The notes: a model not told the origin generated them from the sequence alone. Shown: positions 46,712 to 55,744, numbered from the stretch's first letter. The stretch: DNA of 58,474 nt from a virus (IMGVR_UViG_3300032083_001532:1-58474), one strand, 5' to 3'. A program made the numbers and translations.

Positions 46712-48595
46712 TTGTCTACTACTTCACACGACAGCACACTTAACGACTTTGCTGAAACTTCACTACGCGATACAATTGTCTCAAAAGATTTGAGGCAAGG
46801 CCAGCATCGGCTCATCTGCCCGAACTGCTCACCGGGGCGAAAAAAATCATGGGAGCAATGCCTTTCCGTCTACATTGAACCGCACCGGGCGATGTATTCC
46901 TGCAAGCACTGCGCGTGGGAAGGCTCTGTGCCGCTGCGGGATAACATCGTTAATTTCAGGCCCAAGCAGCCGAAGGAAGAGGATGAAAAGGCGCTTGATC
47001 TGGGCTTCGACATCAGCCCACCCACGGAAAAACAATACCAGTACATGGAAAGCGTCAGGCATATACCGCGCACCACCGTCGATCACTACGAGCTATGCTC
47101 TGCCCAAAAATGGTTCCGGGCACACAAAGAAGAACGAGAGGCGTTAGGGTTCCCTTACCGTTCATCAGCAGCATCAGAGTTTCACGCCATCAAGTGGCGC
47201 AGCGACAAGAAGCAGTGGACACAGGATGGGGGTGCAAAAAGCTTCTTCGGCCTCAAGCAGTTTGAGCGGTCAGCATCCGGCCCCACCGAGGAAGACCCGC
47301 TCATCATCACGGAGGGTGAATTCGATGCGCTGGCAGCGCACGCAAGCGGATACCATCACGCCCTAAGCGTACCGAACGGGGCACCCATGAAACTAAGCAC
47401 ACAGAAGAAGGCTCCCGGCGACGACCGGAAATACCATTTCTTGTGGGCTGCTAGGAACTTGCTGGAAAATTGTGACAGGGCATATATTGCTTGTGATGCT
47501 GACGACCAAGGGGAAATCCTTGCGGAGGAACTGGGGCGCAGGATTGGCAAGATTAAATGCTGGCGCGTTAAGTACCCAGAGGACTGCAAAGACCTGAACG
47601 ATGTGCTGGTCAAGCACGGGAAGGATGAGGTCCAGAAGTGCATAAAGGATGCGGAACCCTTCCCGGTGTCAGGGCTTTACACGGTTGATGATTACCGTGA
47701 TCAGGTTAATGATCTTTATGAGAATGGCTTTGCCAAAGGGGCCACTATTGGCATTCCCGAAGTTGATGAGTTGATGACGATTGTTCCCGGCATGATGACG
47801 GTCGTGACCGGGGTGCCTTCGCACGGCAAATCAACTTTTGTGGACTACATGATGTTCCGTCTGGCTCGGGACCATGGGTGGCGGCACGCGGTCTGTTCAT
47901 TCGAGAACCCGCCATCCTTGCACATCGCAAAGCTGGCGCAGACGTTTACGCGCAAGCCTTTCTTCGATGGGCCGAACGAGCGAATGTCCCAATACGAAAA
48001 GGCGCTGGCTTTGGATTGGGTCAAGGATCGCTTTGTGTTCATCAGCGAGAGCGACGGGACGCCGCCTACGGTCGATAGCGTGCTTGAGCGTGCGAAGACT
48101 GCGGTCATGCGTTACGGGATAAACGGTCTGGTGATTGATCCGTATTCGCGCCTGAACGTCAAGGGCGAAGACGACACAGCAGGGATCGGTGACATGCTCA
48201 CGAAGGTGCAGGCGTTCGCAGCAGCGCACAGCGTCCATGTGTGGTTCGTGGCACACCCGAAGAAGCCGCAGTTTCCTGATGGGTATGTGCCAGCAGGCTA
48301 TGATATATCGGGGTCGGCCCACTGGTACAATCACACTGATTTTGGGGTTACCGTTCATCGCCCGGACAGGGAGAGCGCCAACGTAGAGGTACACGTTTGG
48401 AAGGTACGATGGGCAAACCTGCTTGGTAAACAGGGGCAAGCTGATATAAGATACGAACCTGTGACCAATCACTATTCGCAAAGGAATGGGTATGGCTACC
48501 AAGCGGAAGAGGAAGCGCAAAGTCCAGAGGAAGCCTTACGGCAGCGCGTCATCGACGGGGAGGCGCTCGAAGACCTCCCAGCATATCTCACTTGA
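46712..48595 (+). CDS. T7 gp4/Twinkle-type primase-helicase
   Basis: Zn finger CPNC...CKHC, TOPRIM ITEGEFDAL / D.D.QG / KDLND, Walker A TGVPSHGKST, VIDPY, VAHPKK, YDISGSAHW; TTG start after ACTGGAAGGGAAAAAC. Confidence 0.93.
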   Translation: MSTTSHDSTLNDFAETSLRDTIVSKDLRQGQHRLICPNCSPGRKKSWEQCLSVYIEPHRAMYSCKHCAWEGSVPLRDNIVNFRPKQPKEEDEKALDLGFDISPPTEKQYQYMESVRHIPRTTVDHYELCSAQKWFRAHKEEREALGFPYRSSAASEFHAIKWRSDKKQWTQDGGAKSFFGLKQFERSASGPTEEDPLIITEGEFDALAAHASGYHHALSVPNGAPMKLSTQKKAPGDDRKYHFLWAARNLLENCDRAYIACDADDQGEILAEELGRRIGKIKCWRVKYPEDCKDLNDVLVKHGKDEVQKCIKDAEPFPVSGLYTVDDYRDQVNDLYENGFAKGATIGIPEVDELMTIVPGMMTVVTGVPSHGKSTFVDYMMFRLARDHGWRHAVCSFENPPSLHIAKLAQTFTRKPFFDGPNERMSQYEKALALDWVKDRFVFISESDGTPPTVDSVLERAKTAVMRYGINGLVIDPYSRLNVKGEDDTAGIGDMLTKVQAFAAAHSVHVWFVAHPKKPQFPDGYVPAGYDISGSAHWYNHTDFGVTVHRPDRESANVEVHVWKVRWANLLGKQGQADIRYEPVTNHYSQRNGYGYQAEEEAQSPEEALRQRVIDGEALEDLPAYLT

Positions 48596-49088
48596 CTTCG
48601 GCACCCCAGAGGCTCGCAATCACAACACGATGCGTGTTGAGAATGTTGACCCCAAGGGCAACATTGTTCGGATCAGGAACCTAGATCAGACAGAATTTGA
48701 CAGGCTGGCCCTTGTTGGGGATATAACGCCAGACCAGTTTCAAGCGGGTCAGCAGTTCTCAAGCGCGTGTTGGAAGGCAGGGGGTTTTGTGAAGGCTGTG
48801 AATTGGGGGCGCACAGGTGGGAGCGCAGGTAACAGCCACGAAAGGCGAGCGGTCTTGTCGGCTATGGCGGCAGCAGAACCGCTTCACTACATGCAGAAGA
48901 ATTGCGGCAGGGATGTCGCGGGGTTGGTCGTTCGGGTGGCTATAGACCAAGAGCGATGCACGGGTAAGGCGCTGCAAGATTTACGGGGGGGGTTGGATGC
49001 GTTGGTGCGGTACTATTCCGCAGCCATAAAACGCAAACAAAAAAAGAGGGCGGCTGCTTTCGCAGCCGCCCTTTCTTCGGTCGGTTGA
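48492..49088 (+). CDS. DUF6456-like (GafA C-terminal-like) putative transcription regulator
   Basis: DRL...G.IT..QFQAG..F ... W ... LR.GLD.L..YY pattern; overlaps helicase 3' end; AAGGAA RBS. Confidence 0.55.
   Translation: MATKRKRKRKVQRKPYGSASSTGRRSKTSQHISLDFGTPEARNHNTMRVENVDPKGNIVRIRNLDQTEFDRLALVGDITPDQFQAGQQFSSACWKAGGFVKAVNWGRTGGSAGNSHERRAVLSAMAAAEPLHYMQKNCGRDVAGLVVRVAIDQERCTGKALQDLRGGLDALVRYYSAAIKRKQKKRAAAFAAALSSVG
49036..49078 (-). terminator. intrinsic terminator ending the early (- strand) region
   Basis: perfect AGGGCGGCTGC-TTTC-GCAGCCGCCCT stem; A-run on its left (U-tract on - strand), TTCTT on its right. Confidence 0.75.
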
Positions 49089-49131
49089 GTAACCTGCTAT
49101 TCAGGAAGTGCAATCCACCATGTAGTTGGGT

Positions 49132-49503
49132 TTATCCCCCATAGTTTTTTCCTTCCATTTCCTGAACGTCATCCTGTGCTTCGTACATGCTGTTCCATAC
49201 TTGGTGCAACATGCGCATCCGGTAATGATGGTCATCATCAAATTGGGACGCTTTGGCGACACGGTTCTTGAAGTTGGTGTAAGTGATGTTGTTGATTTCC
49301 TTTGTCAGTTCTTCAACAACGATTGGCTTGTCGATAAAGGCGCGGAACCGATAGTCCGTCCCGGCACCCTCAATTACATTTGCGTTTGTGTGCCCAAAGA
49401 TACTTTCGATGTCTCCGGGGAACCGGGCGCGGACGCAGAAGCGTTCGCTGTTATTCTTGTCTTCGACAACAGACAAGACTGCGTTTTCAGTAAATAACCA
49501 CAT
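49132..49503 (-). CDS. conserved hypothetical phage protein
   Basis: MW.F.....SVV.........VRAR..GDIE.....TDYRFRA......I.Y.NFK pattern. Confidence 0.75.
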   Translation of the reverse strand: MWLFTENAVLSVVEDKNNSERFCVRARFPGDIESIFGHTNANVIEGAGTDYRFRAFIDKPIVVEELTKEINNITYTNFKNRVAKASQFDDDHHYRMRMLHQVWNSMYEAQDDVQEMEGKNYGG

Positions 49504-49529
49504 ATGTTTTTCCTTCCAGTGATTTGACG

Positions 49530-49558
49530 TTTGTATAGTAAAGTAGTAGCCGTGTCAA
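49530..49558 (-). promoter_or_regulatory. sigma70-type promoter
   Basis: TTGACA-17 bp-TACAAA on - strand upstream of the 49503 ATG. Confidence 0.55.
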
Positions 49559-49718
49559 GGGCTATACGCAAAGGCGTGCTAAAGTTTTATTGGTTTTCCC
49601 TTCCAAGTTAATAGTGATTGGTCACAAATAACCTAACGAATAAATGGCAGGGACCGGGATTAGCGGTAGCGAACCGCCTACCCGGCTTACGACACCCAGT
49701 TGCCGACACCGCGCAGTG

Positions 49719-49895
49719 TTAGCGTTTCATGTTCATGTCTACCTGATCTTGTTCAGTGCGTGACAGGGACACCTTTAGTTTGTTGTTGCTGGCTTCGACA
49801 GTTACGCTCCAACCATCTTGGCGCAACTCATCAATTGCTTGCCCAAAGGGTTCTAGCGCGGCGTTTACTTTGTCTACCGCCTCTTGCCTGTTCAT
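49719..49895 (-). CDS. small hypothetical protein
   Basis: GGAG RBS then MNRQEAVDKVNAALEPFG; 58 aa. Confidence 0.55.
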   Translation of the reverse strand: MNRQEAVDKVNAALEPFGQAIDELRQDGWSVTVEASNNKLKVSLSRTEQDQVDMNMKR

Positions 49896-50139
49896 TGGTT
49901 TTTCTCCATCCCAACAGAATGTTGGTGCTATAGAAGTCTCTGGAACGACCGTCTCTCTCGTACAATAGCGCAACTCTAGCGCACGGCACCACACGAAAGC
50001 GAGCGCCAAATACACGAAAGCGCATATTGGTGAAACGTTCGCCGGGACATGCTCGTGCTAGTCGTTTCAGTTCATCAAGGGTGATTGGCCTGCCCCTTTT
50101 GGGGACAGGCTTTTCAAGGATGCGATTATACATCCTCAT
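49831..50139 (-). CDS. Arg-rich hypothetical protein
   Basis: ATGA-coupled to the 50136 stop; 3' end overlaps the next gene. Confidence 0.45.
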   Translation of the reverse strand: MRMYNRILEKPVPKRGRPITLDELKRLARACPGERFTNMRFRVFGARFRVVPCARVALLYERDGRSRDFYSTNILLGWRKTNEQARGGRQSKRRARTLWASN

Positions 50140-50804
50140 TGTGATCCCACAGCGTCAAGCAGGGCTTTATCGGGAAGCGGCGCACCCCAGACAGTTTCTG
50201 GTTTTGTTCCAGACGTGGTTAGTTCTTTTATTAAGGCGTATGTGGCTTGACCGCGCAGGTCCATCAGCCAATCATAGGCTTTGCTGTTTCGCCAGCCGAC
50301 ATCATTACAGGCTTGATATTCAAAGCAATTTACGCTTGAGATAACCTGAGTTGGTTCAAATGCTGGCCAGTAATTATTTTCAAGAACGCTTATAGCGGCT
50401 TCCTTGTAGTTCGCTGAAGCAACTTCATCCTGTCCGTACCGGGCCTGCATGGAAAGCTGATTGCTTTCGATTAGCATGTCCAGAATTCTGTGAATGCTTT
50501 CCCCTGTATAGGGGCGATCAGAATAGCTTTCGGACGCCCGGACAAGGTACGCCAGATGGTGCGGGTCTACATAAAATGCGAATGGTTTGATCTCCTCTTT
50601 ACTCTCCACAACTTTCCAGTTTTTATCAGTGATGACGTAGGGCCTCTCAAAGCCATCCAGCGCCTCAAAGGTTTCTTTGAGTGTTGGGAACCCATCCCAT
50701 ACTTGTGGCGTGCCGCCCCACCTTTTCAGGTAGCGCAAGTGGTCGTTTACGGAGCCTTGCTCGTAATCTCCATCAGACCAGAACACAAAATAGTTCAAGT
50801 TCAT
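50136..50804 (-). CDS. hypothetical phage early protein
   Basis: repeat-element RBS; N..S..ARY ... C.EYQAC...W..S.A pattern. Confidence 0.7.
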   Translation of the reverse strand: MNLNYFVFWSDGDYEQGSVNDHLRYLKRWGGTPQVWDGFPTLKETFEALDGFERPYVITDKNWKVVESKEEIKPFAFYVDPHHLAYLVRASESYSDRPYTGESIHRILDMLIESNQLSMQARYGQDEVASANYKEAAISVLENNYWPAFEPTQVISSVNCFEYQACNDVGWRNSKAYDWLMDLRGQATYALIKELTTSGTKPETVWGAPLPDKALLDAVGSQ

Positions 50805-50914
50805 GGTTCTTCCTTCCAGTTAAAATGTTATCAGTCACAATTTGCGACTAGGGTTATTGAAAATAACCTAACGAATGGGGTGGTGCGCAGTAGATGTACC
50901 GCGCACCACCAGCG

Positions 50915-51154
50915 TTACCCGATCCCCAAAGCGTCAGCAACCTTGTCTTTGTTCATAACGTCGGTGCGGCTCATGTAGACAGCGGGACCGTCCAATACGG
51001 CCTTAAAGCCTTCGCCGTGGGCACGCTGGGCGTACCATTGGCCATGGTCGTTGCAGTTGATATAGGCCACTAGGTTCGACATTGAGCCAGTGTGACCCGC
51101 ATACATGTGGTGCTGATTGCGGTGGCTGTTCAGGATTATGTAGTTCGTGTCCAT
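50915..51154 (-). CDS. small early protein
   Basis: ATG directly after ACTGGAAGGAAAACCA. Confidence 0.65.
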   Translation of the reverse strand: MDTNYIILNSHRNQHHMYAGHTGSMSNLVAYINCNDHGQWYAQRAHGEGFKAVLDGPAVYMSRTDVMNKDKVADALGIG

Positions 51155-51249
51155 TGGTTTTCCTTCCAGTTGATAGTGATTGGTCATAAATAACCTAACC
51201 GGGTAGCAGTTAGATCACTTACGTTCTCTAACTGCGTCCCCGAATGATT

Positions 51250-51828
51250 TTAGTTCATGCCAAGTTTGTCTTTGGCGTCATGGATGGTGGAAATCAGGCG
51301 TTGTCTTAGGGCCTTGTCGCCACGGTCCATAACCGCCGCAAGTTGCTCTGCCTCTGGCAGATAGACCTTCGCAAAGTCAGGGTCGTGATCGGCAATATCA
51401 AGTGTGTTGTCTATCAAGTCAGCATACTTGATGGTTTGTGTCGCATAGCCTTGAGAAGAGGCTCGGACAGCTTCGGCAGCTTTACGGGCGGGCCTGTTCA
51501 TGTCAGGATACGCTTCGTGTGTGTAACGATCCGTCAGATCATCCACCCATTCAGCCACAATCGGCCCAAATTGTTCATCAATTTCACGCCTTGTCACTCC
51601 GCAATCTTCGATTGTGTCATGCAAGACTGCGGCACAAAGCATAGCTTGGTTTGCCAAAGCTATGTGCTTCATGTCGTGGCCTGAGTTTATAAGCGTGTGT
51701 GCCACGTTCAGCGGATGCTGAATATATGGCGTGTCTGTGTATTTGCGGACTTGCCCATCATGGACTTCGGTCGCAAAATCAATAGCACGCTTAAATCCCG
51801 GCGAAGCCGTTATAGGATATGTCGTCAT
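51250..51828 (-). CDS. HD-domain hydrolase, SpoT/Mesh1-like small alarmone hydrolase
   Basis: A..FA...H.GQ.RK....PYI.HP..VA, AAVLHDTIEDC, V..LTD, IK.AD..DN. Confidence 0.85.
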   Translation of the reverse strand: MTTYPITASPGFKRAIDFATEVHDGQVRKYTDTPYIQHPLNVAHTLINSGHDMKHIALANQAMLCAAVLHDTIEDCGVTRREIDEQFGPIVAEWVDDLTDRYTHEAYPDMNRPARKAAEAVRASSQGYATQTIKYADLIDNTLDIADHDPDFAKVYLPEAEQLAAVMDRGDKALRQRLISTIHDAKDKLGMN

Positions 51829-51907
51829 GGTGTTTTCCCTTCCAAGTAAATAGTGATTTGTCATAAATTGACTAACGGGGACAGGGTGTTAGCCCTGCCC
51901 CCAATGC

Positions 51908-53437
51908 TTAGGCAGCGATTTGTGAGACATCTTCCTCGAAGAGGATGATCTGGCCAAAAGGCACCGGGTACTGGCCAGCCTTCAAGGCTTTGCCATAGCA
52001 CCCATGATGCTTGCGCCAGTTGACGCCGTTTCGATCAGACATCCAGTAGACTGGATAGTCTGGAGCGTCCCCAAAGTCACCATCGTATGCTATCAGGTCA
52101 GTGAAGTAGATTGCGCCCTTGATGTTGGCGCATTCTTCGTTGAGGTAATCGAACCCCGGATAAAACCGGGTGCCACCACCGCCAACGGGGTTGAATTTGA
52201 TTTCTTCACCAAGGGTGAAGGTATCAACCCCCTTCACGTCATAATCCACGTAGAGAACGTGGACAGTCTGTGGCGCAGCTTCTTCGACAAGTTCGTTGAG
52301 CTTTTCTTCGAAAAGCGCAAGCAAGTCTTCGTTGATAGATGCCGACGTGTCGATCAGCACTGCCAGTTCGCCTGCGTCTTCCTTCACAATGGAAGGAAGA
52401 TATACGTCACTGGCAATCCGGCGACGATTGGGACGGTTCCAAGTCGTAGACTTGGGGAACATCTGCGAGAATGCTTCCTGCAACTCGTCGCGCCAGTCGA
52501 TGGTCTTGACCTTCAACGCCTCATTAACGATGCGTTGAATGCCGCCATCACCGGCACCCTTGGTTGCGTTCTGCACTTGCGCAGCCTGCACCACGTTGAT
52601 CTGGGTGTCTTTTTCAAGCTTGTCCAGATCAGCCTGTGAAAACGGTTTACCGTCGTCATCGCATGGTGGCAGGATGTCCCCAAAGAAGTCGTCGTCTCCA
52701 AAGGTAACATCGTCACCTTCGGTGTCGTCGTCACCATTGCCGCCACTGTCACTGTCGTCACCTTCGGTGTCGTCGTCACCGGAGCCACCGTTACCTTCGG
52801 TATCGGCGTCTTCGCTGTCGTCGTCATCGTTGCCGGGATCATTACTGTTACCAGTAATATCTTCGTCGTCTTGGTCGTCACCTTCGGTGTCGCGATCACC
52901 AGACGGCTTGCCGTGGTAGCCACCTTCGCCATCTTCGCAACCTTCGCCATCTTCGCCATCTTCGCGCGGCTTGCCCCACGGTTCGGCAATAGGCTCTTTA
53001 GCCTTCCACAAGATACTATAAGTATCTTCTGCGGAACCGTTCAGTTCAGGGTCGTAAAGGCCCTTGCCGTGGGGGAATTCAAACAGCGGCTTACCCTTGC
53101 TATCTCTGGCATCCACAAGGATGCTGTTGATAGAGTAGTCCGTTGCCTCACCCCATGTGTCACGATCACGATTGCCCATCCGCACAGAGTGCAGGCAGGC
53201 AATATGTGACAGTTCATGTGCTGCCAGAGTAACAACCTCACCGATGGTGAGGATGTCGAGAAAATCCGGGTTGTAGTATACCCGGACGCCATCAGTCGCC
53301 GCTGTTTTGATAGGAAAACCGCCAAGGGTTTTCTTTGCTATCACATACGGCACCTTGACAGCCAAGGTTCCATAGAATGGCGAATGACGGAGCAAGCGAG
53401 TGTAAGCTTCGCTTAATTTTGCTTCTGGTGTCATCAT
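51908..53437 (-). CDS. DUF2201-type metallopeptidase + vWA domain protein
   Basis: TAATDG..VYYNP.F, AHELSH (HExxH), A.D..IN, acidic linker, W.RPNRR, IDTSASI (MIDAS), GGGGT.F, YFTD. Confidence 0.9.
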   Translation of the reverse strand: MMTPEAKLSEAYTRLLRHSPFYGTLAVKVPYVIAKKTLGGFPIKTAATDGVRVYYNPDFLDILTIGEVVTLAAHELSHIACLHSVRMGNRDRDTWGEATDYSINSILVDARDSKGKPLFEFPHGKGLYDPELNGSAEDTYSILWKAKEPIAEPWGKPREDGEDGEGCEDGEGGYHGKPSGDRDTEGDDQDDEDITGNSNDPGNDDDDSEDADTEGNGGSGDDDTEGDDSDSGGNGDDDTEGDDVTFGDDDFFGDILPPCDDDGKPFSQADLDKLEKDTQINVVQAAQVQNATKGAGDGGIQRIVNEALKVKTIDWRDELQEAFSQMFPKSTTWNRPNRRRIASDVYLPSIVKEDAGELAVLIDTSASINEDLLALFEEKLNELVEEAAPQTVHVLYVDYDVKGVDTFTLGEEIKFNPVGGGGTRFYPGFDYLNEECANIKGAIYFTDLIAYDGDFGDAPDYPVYWMSDRNGVNWRKHHGCYGKALKAGQYPVPFGQIILFEEDVSQIAA

Positions 53438-53558
53438 GGTTGATGTTTCCCTTCCAGTAATTGTTACCAGTCACAATTTGTGACCGGGGCTATTGAAAAT
53501 AACCTAACCGGGATGCGGTTGGATCACTTACGTTCTCCAACCACAGCCCGAATGATTT

Positions 53559-54452
53559 TTAGGTGGATTTGCCGCCACCCGACAAAAAGATGCTTGCCAT
53601 TTCGGCAACATCTTCTGCGGCATCAGCCGCTTTGTCACGAAGATCAGGATCGGATTTCAATTGATCCCTAGAATAGGGAGCAATGTCATCCATGATCCGC
53701 TTTGCGGCCCTTGTCAGGGCCGGGTCGTTGGTCAGGTTCAGATGGGGCAGGGCTTCGGCCAGATCAACCACATGGTTGATTGTGGCGTTGTAGATGTCCC
53801 GCTTGCCACCGTTGCCGGTGTCCTGCCCATAATTGCGCAGGGCGTCGGCAAGATTGCCGACCAGATCGACCACCTTTGTGGCAGGCTCCAAAACAGCGTC
53901 GTTCAGACGCTGGTTCAGCTTTTCGTTCACCGATGCTTCGATAGCGGCGAGAGCATCCTTGGATGCTTTCACGCGGATGTCGTCGGTGTCTGGCACGGCT
54001 TGGTATTCGACTTCACAGACAAATTTGTCCCGAATGTCATCCTTTGAAGGATAGTCCCCTTCATTAAACGCGGTATTCAAGATCAATCTTGCTTCGTCAA
54101 CGGCTTCGCCGTACCCGACTACGAACTGGTCAGCAGCACTATCAAATGCCAGTTTGGCATCCTTGATTGCTTCGTCGCATTTGGTGAATGCGGACATCGG
54201 CAATAGCCGCCAACCACTTTCGTCCCATGGCAGGGTCCATTCTTTCATGGCACGCCGGACATGTTCGCTATGCGTTTTCATGTCCTTGAGTGATTGCACA
54301 TCGACCAGCGGCTTACTGACTTTGAAGTCAGCGCTTGACTGGTGTTTGCTCTGCACTTCCGTGGCAAGCTGGTCATCCAGCTTGCGACCAGACCATTTTT
54401 TGATAGTCACCTTTACCAAGGTGCATCGTTGAGATAAGTCTTTCACGATCAT
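53559..54452 (-). CDS. DUF3150-like protein
   Basis: LV.V.I..WSG.KLD, SK.L, TLPW...G.RLLP, F...DYP, LNLT.DP.L; sits between AAA and vWA genes. Confidence 0.7.
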   Translation of the reverse strand: MIVKDLSQRCTLVKVTIKKWSGRKLDDQLATEVQSKHQSSADFKVSKPLVDVQSLKDMKTHSEHVRRAMKEWTLPWDESGWRLLPMSAFTKCDEAIKDAKLAFDSAADQFVVGYGEAVDEARLILNTAFNEGDYPSKDDIRDKFVCEVEYQAVPDTDDIRVKASKDALAAIEASVNEKLNQRLNDAVLEPATKVVDLVGNLADALRNYGQDTGNGGKRDIYNATINHVVDLAEALPHLNLTNDPALTRAAKRIMDDIAPYSRDQLKSDPDLRDKAADAAEDVAEMASIFLSGGGKST

Positions 54453-54559
54453 GGTTTTTTCCCTTCCAGTTTAGTGACCAGTCACAGTTTGTGACCGGGA
54501 CCAGTGTAAATGGCCTAACCGGGACAATGCTAATGCATTGCCCCGAATACCTTCAAATA

Positions 54560-55582
54560 TTATTGGTTGCCGAATTCGTTCCGCATTTTGACGCCCCAGT
54601 CACTTTCAAGAATTGAAGCATTCAATGCTTCAATCATTTCGACAGTGACCGATTGGAATTCACGGGGAAGACGTTCCACGTATGCTCCGAATGCGTCAAC
54701 TGTTTCGTCTTTGATTGCGTTAGCAATCAAGCCGGTAACAGCATAGAGTGCCGATGGGTCCGTTGGAACCAAGGCACCCTGCGGGTTGTTGCGAATTTCA
54801 GCCGGTGTTGGCAAGCTATCAATGGTCCGTAGGAACCCAATGAATTCCTTGCTTGCGGCTTCGCCAAGATAGCCAAGAATACCCTCTTCGAGTTCATTCT
54901 GTGGCATATCAAGCTGCATAATGTCAGAGACATTATGCCATGTCCGCAATGTCGGGAATGTGTCAGCTTTCGGATCGAAATCCACCAGCAATTCCGGGCG
55001 ACCTTCGGTGAACACCAGCACTTCCGGCACCAAGTTTAACTTGGTAGCCAGTGCCCGGAAACAATCGGTAGAGGCGACCACATCAATGTGGTTCCACCGG
55101 GTTTTGACCTGTGTACCCATTTCATGGGTGCCTGCCTTGTGTTCCCGTTTGTTGGATGCTCCAACAAATGACACGCCTTTAGGCAGCGGATATTGGCCGA
55201 TACGACGATCCATCACCATCGTGCCAGCCGCATTCTGCGTCATCTGGAACGCTTGCGAGAATTCATCCATAAAGATGATGCCCTGCCAGTCAGGCTCTTT
55301 GTGGAGTTCCACAAAGCGACCGTTTAGTTCATCCCAAAAGGCAGGTGGATACCACCTAGTGGTGCCATCTTCGACCTTTGGCGTGCCGTTGAAGTCAACA
55401 GCGTCCATCATGGACAGATCGCAAACGATCAGTCCATAATCGGGGATGTGGTGCGTCCTGATGTGCTTCGCCACATTGCGAACAGTCGTCGTTTTCCCGA
55501 TACCGGGAGCCGACCACATAAAGACGTTCTTGCGAGCAAGAACCATGGCCGTGATGTAGTTTTGTGTTTGGCTAATAAGCAT
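54560..55582 (-). CDS. MoxR/AAA_5-type AAA+ ATPase
   Basis: WSAPGIGKT Walker A, D..D..G.P, IIFMDE Walker B, ASN, R..H, FPT.RTW. Confidence 0.9.
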   Translation of the reverse strand: MLISQTQNYITAMVLARKNVFMWSAPGIGKTTTVRNVAKHIRTHHIPDYGLIVCDLSMMDAVDFNGTPKVEDGTTRWYPPAFWDELNGRFVELHKEPDWQGIIFMDEFSQAFQMTQNAAGTMVMDRRIGQYPLPKGVSFVGASNKREHKAGTHEMGTQVKTRWNHIDVVASTDCFRALATKLNLVPEVLVFTEGRPELLVDFDPKADTFPTLRTWHNVSDIMQLDMPQNELEEGILGYLGEAASKEFIGFLRTIDSLPTPAEIRNNPQGALVPTDPSALYAVTGLIANAIKDETVDAFGAYVERLPREFQSVTVEMIEALNASILESDWGVKMRNEFGNQ

Positions 55583-55744
55583 GGCTTATTTTTCCCTTCC
55601 AGTAGTAGTGACCAGTCACAATTTGAGACTGGGGTTATTGAAAATAACCTAACGAATAACTTAACAAAATCAGTGACCTAGCCCCCTATCACCGTAAGGT
55701 TCTAGGGGGCGTAGGCACTGGAAGGGCACCATTGCCCAACGTTA

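Noticed and set aside
49100-49120. tmRNA/tRNA 3' end (TCCACCA), and the GGGGC start of the 57315 leader
   Set aside because: No T-arm or acceptor-stem partner, and the two pieces are on opposite strands; no cloverleaf found anywhere by eye.
51155-51864. N-terminal extensions MTNHYQLEGKP / MTNHYLLGRENT as a shared peptide motif
   Set aside because: These are translations of the repeated leader (palindrome plus RBS); the true starts are the ATGs after the RBS (51154, 51828).
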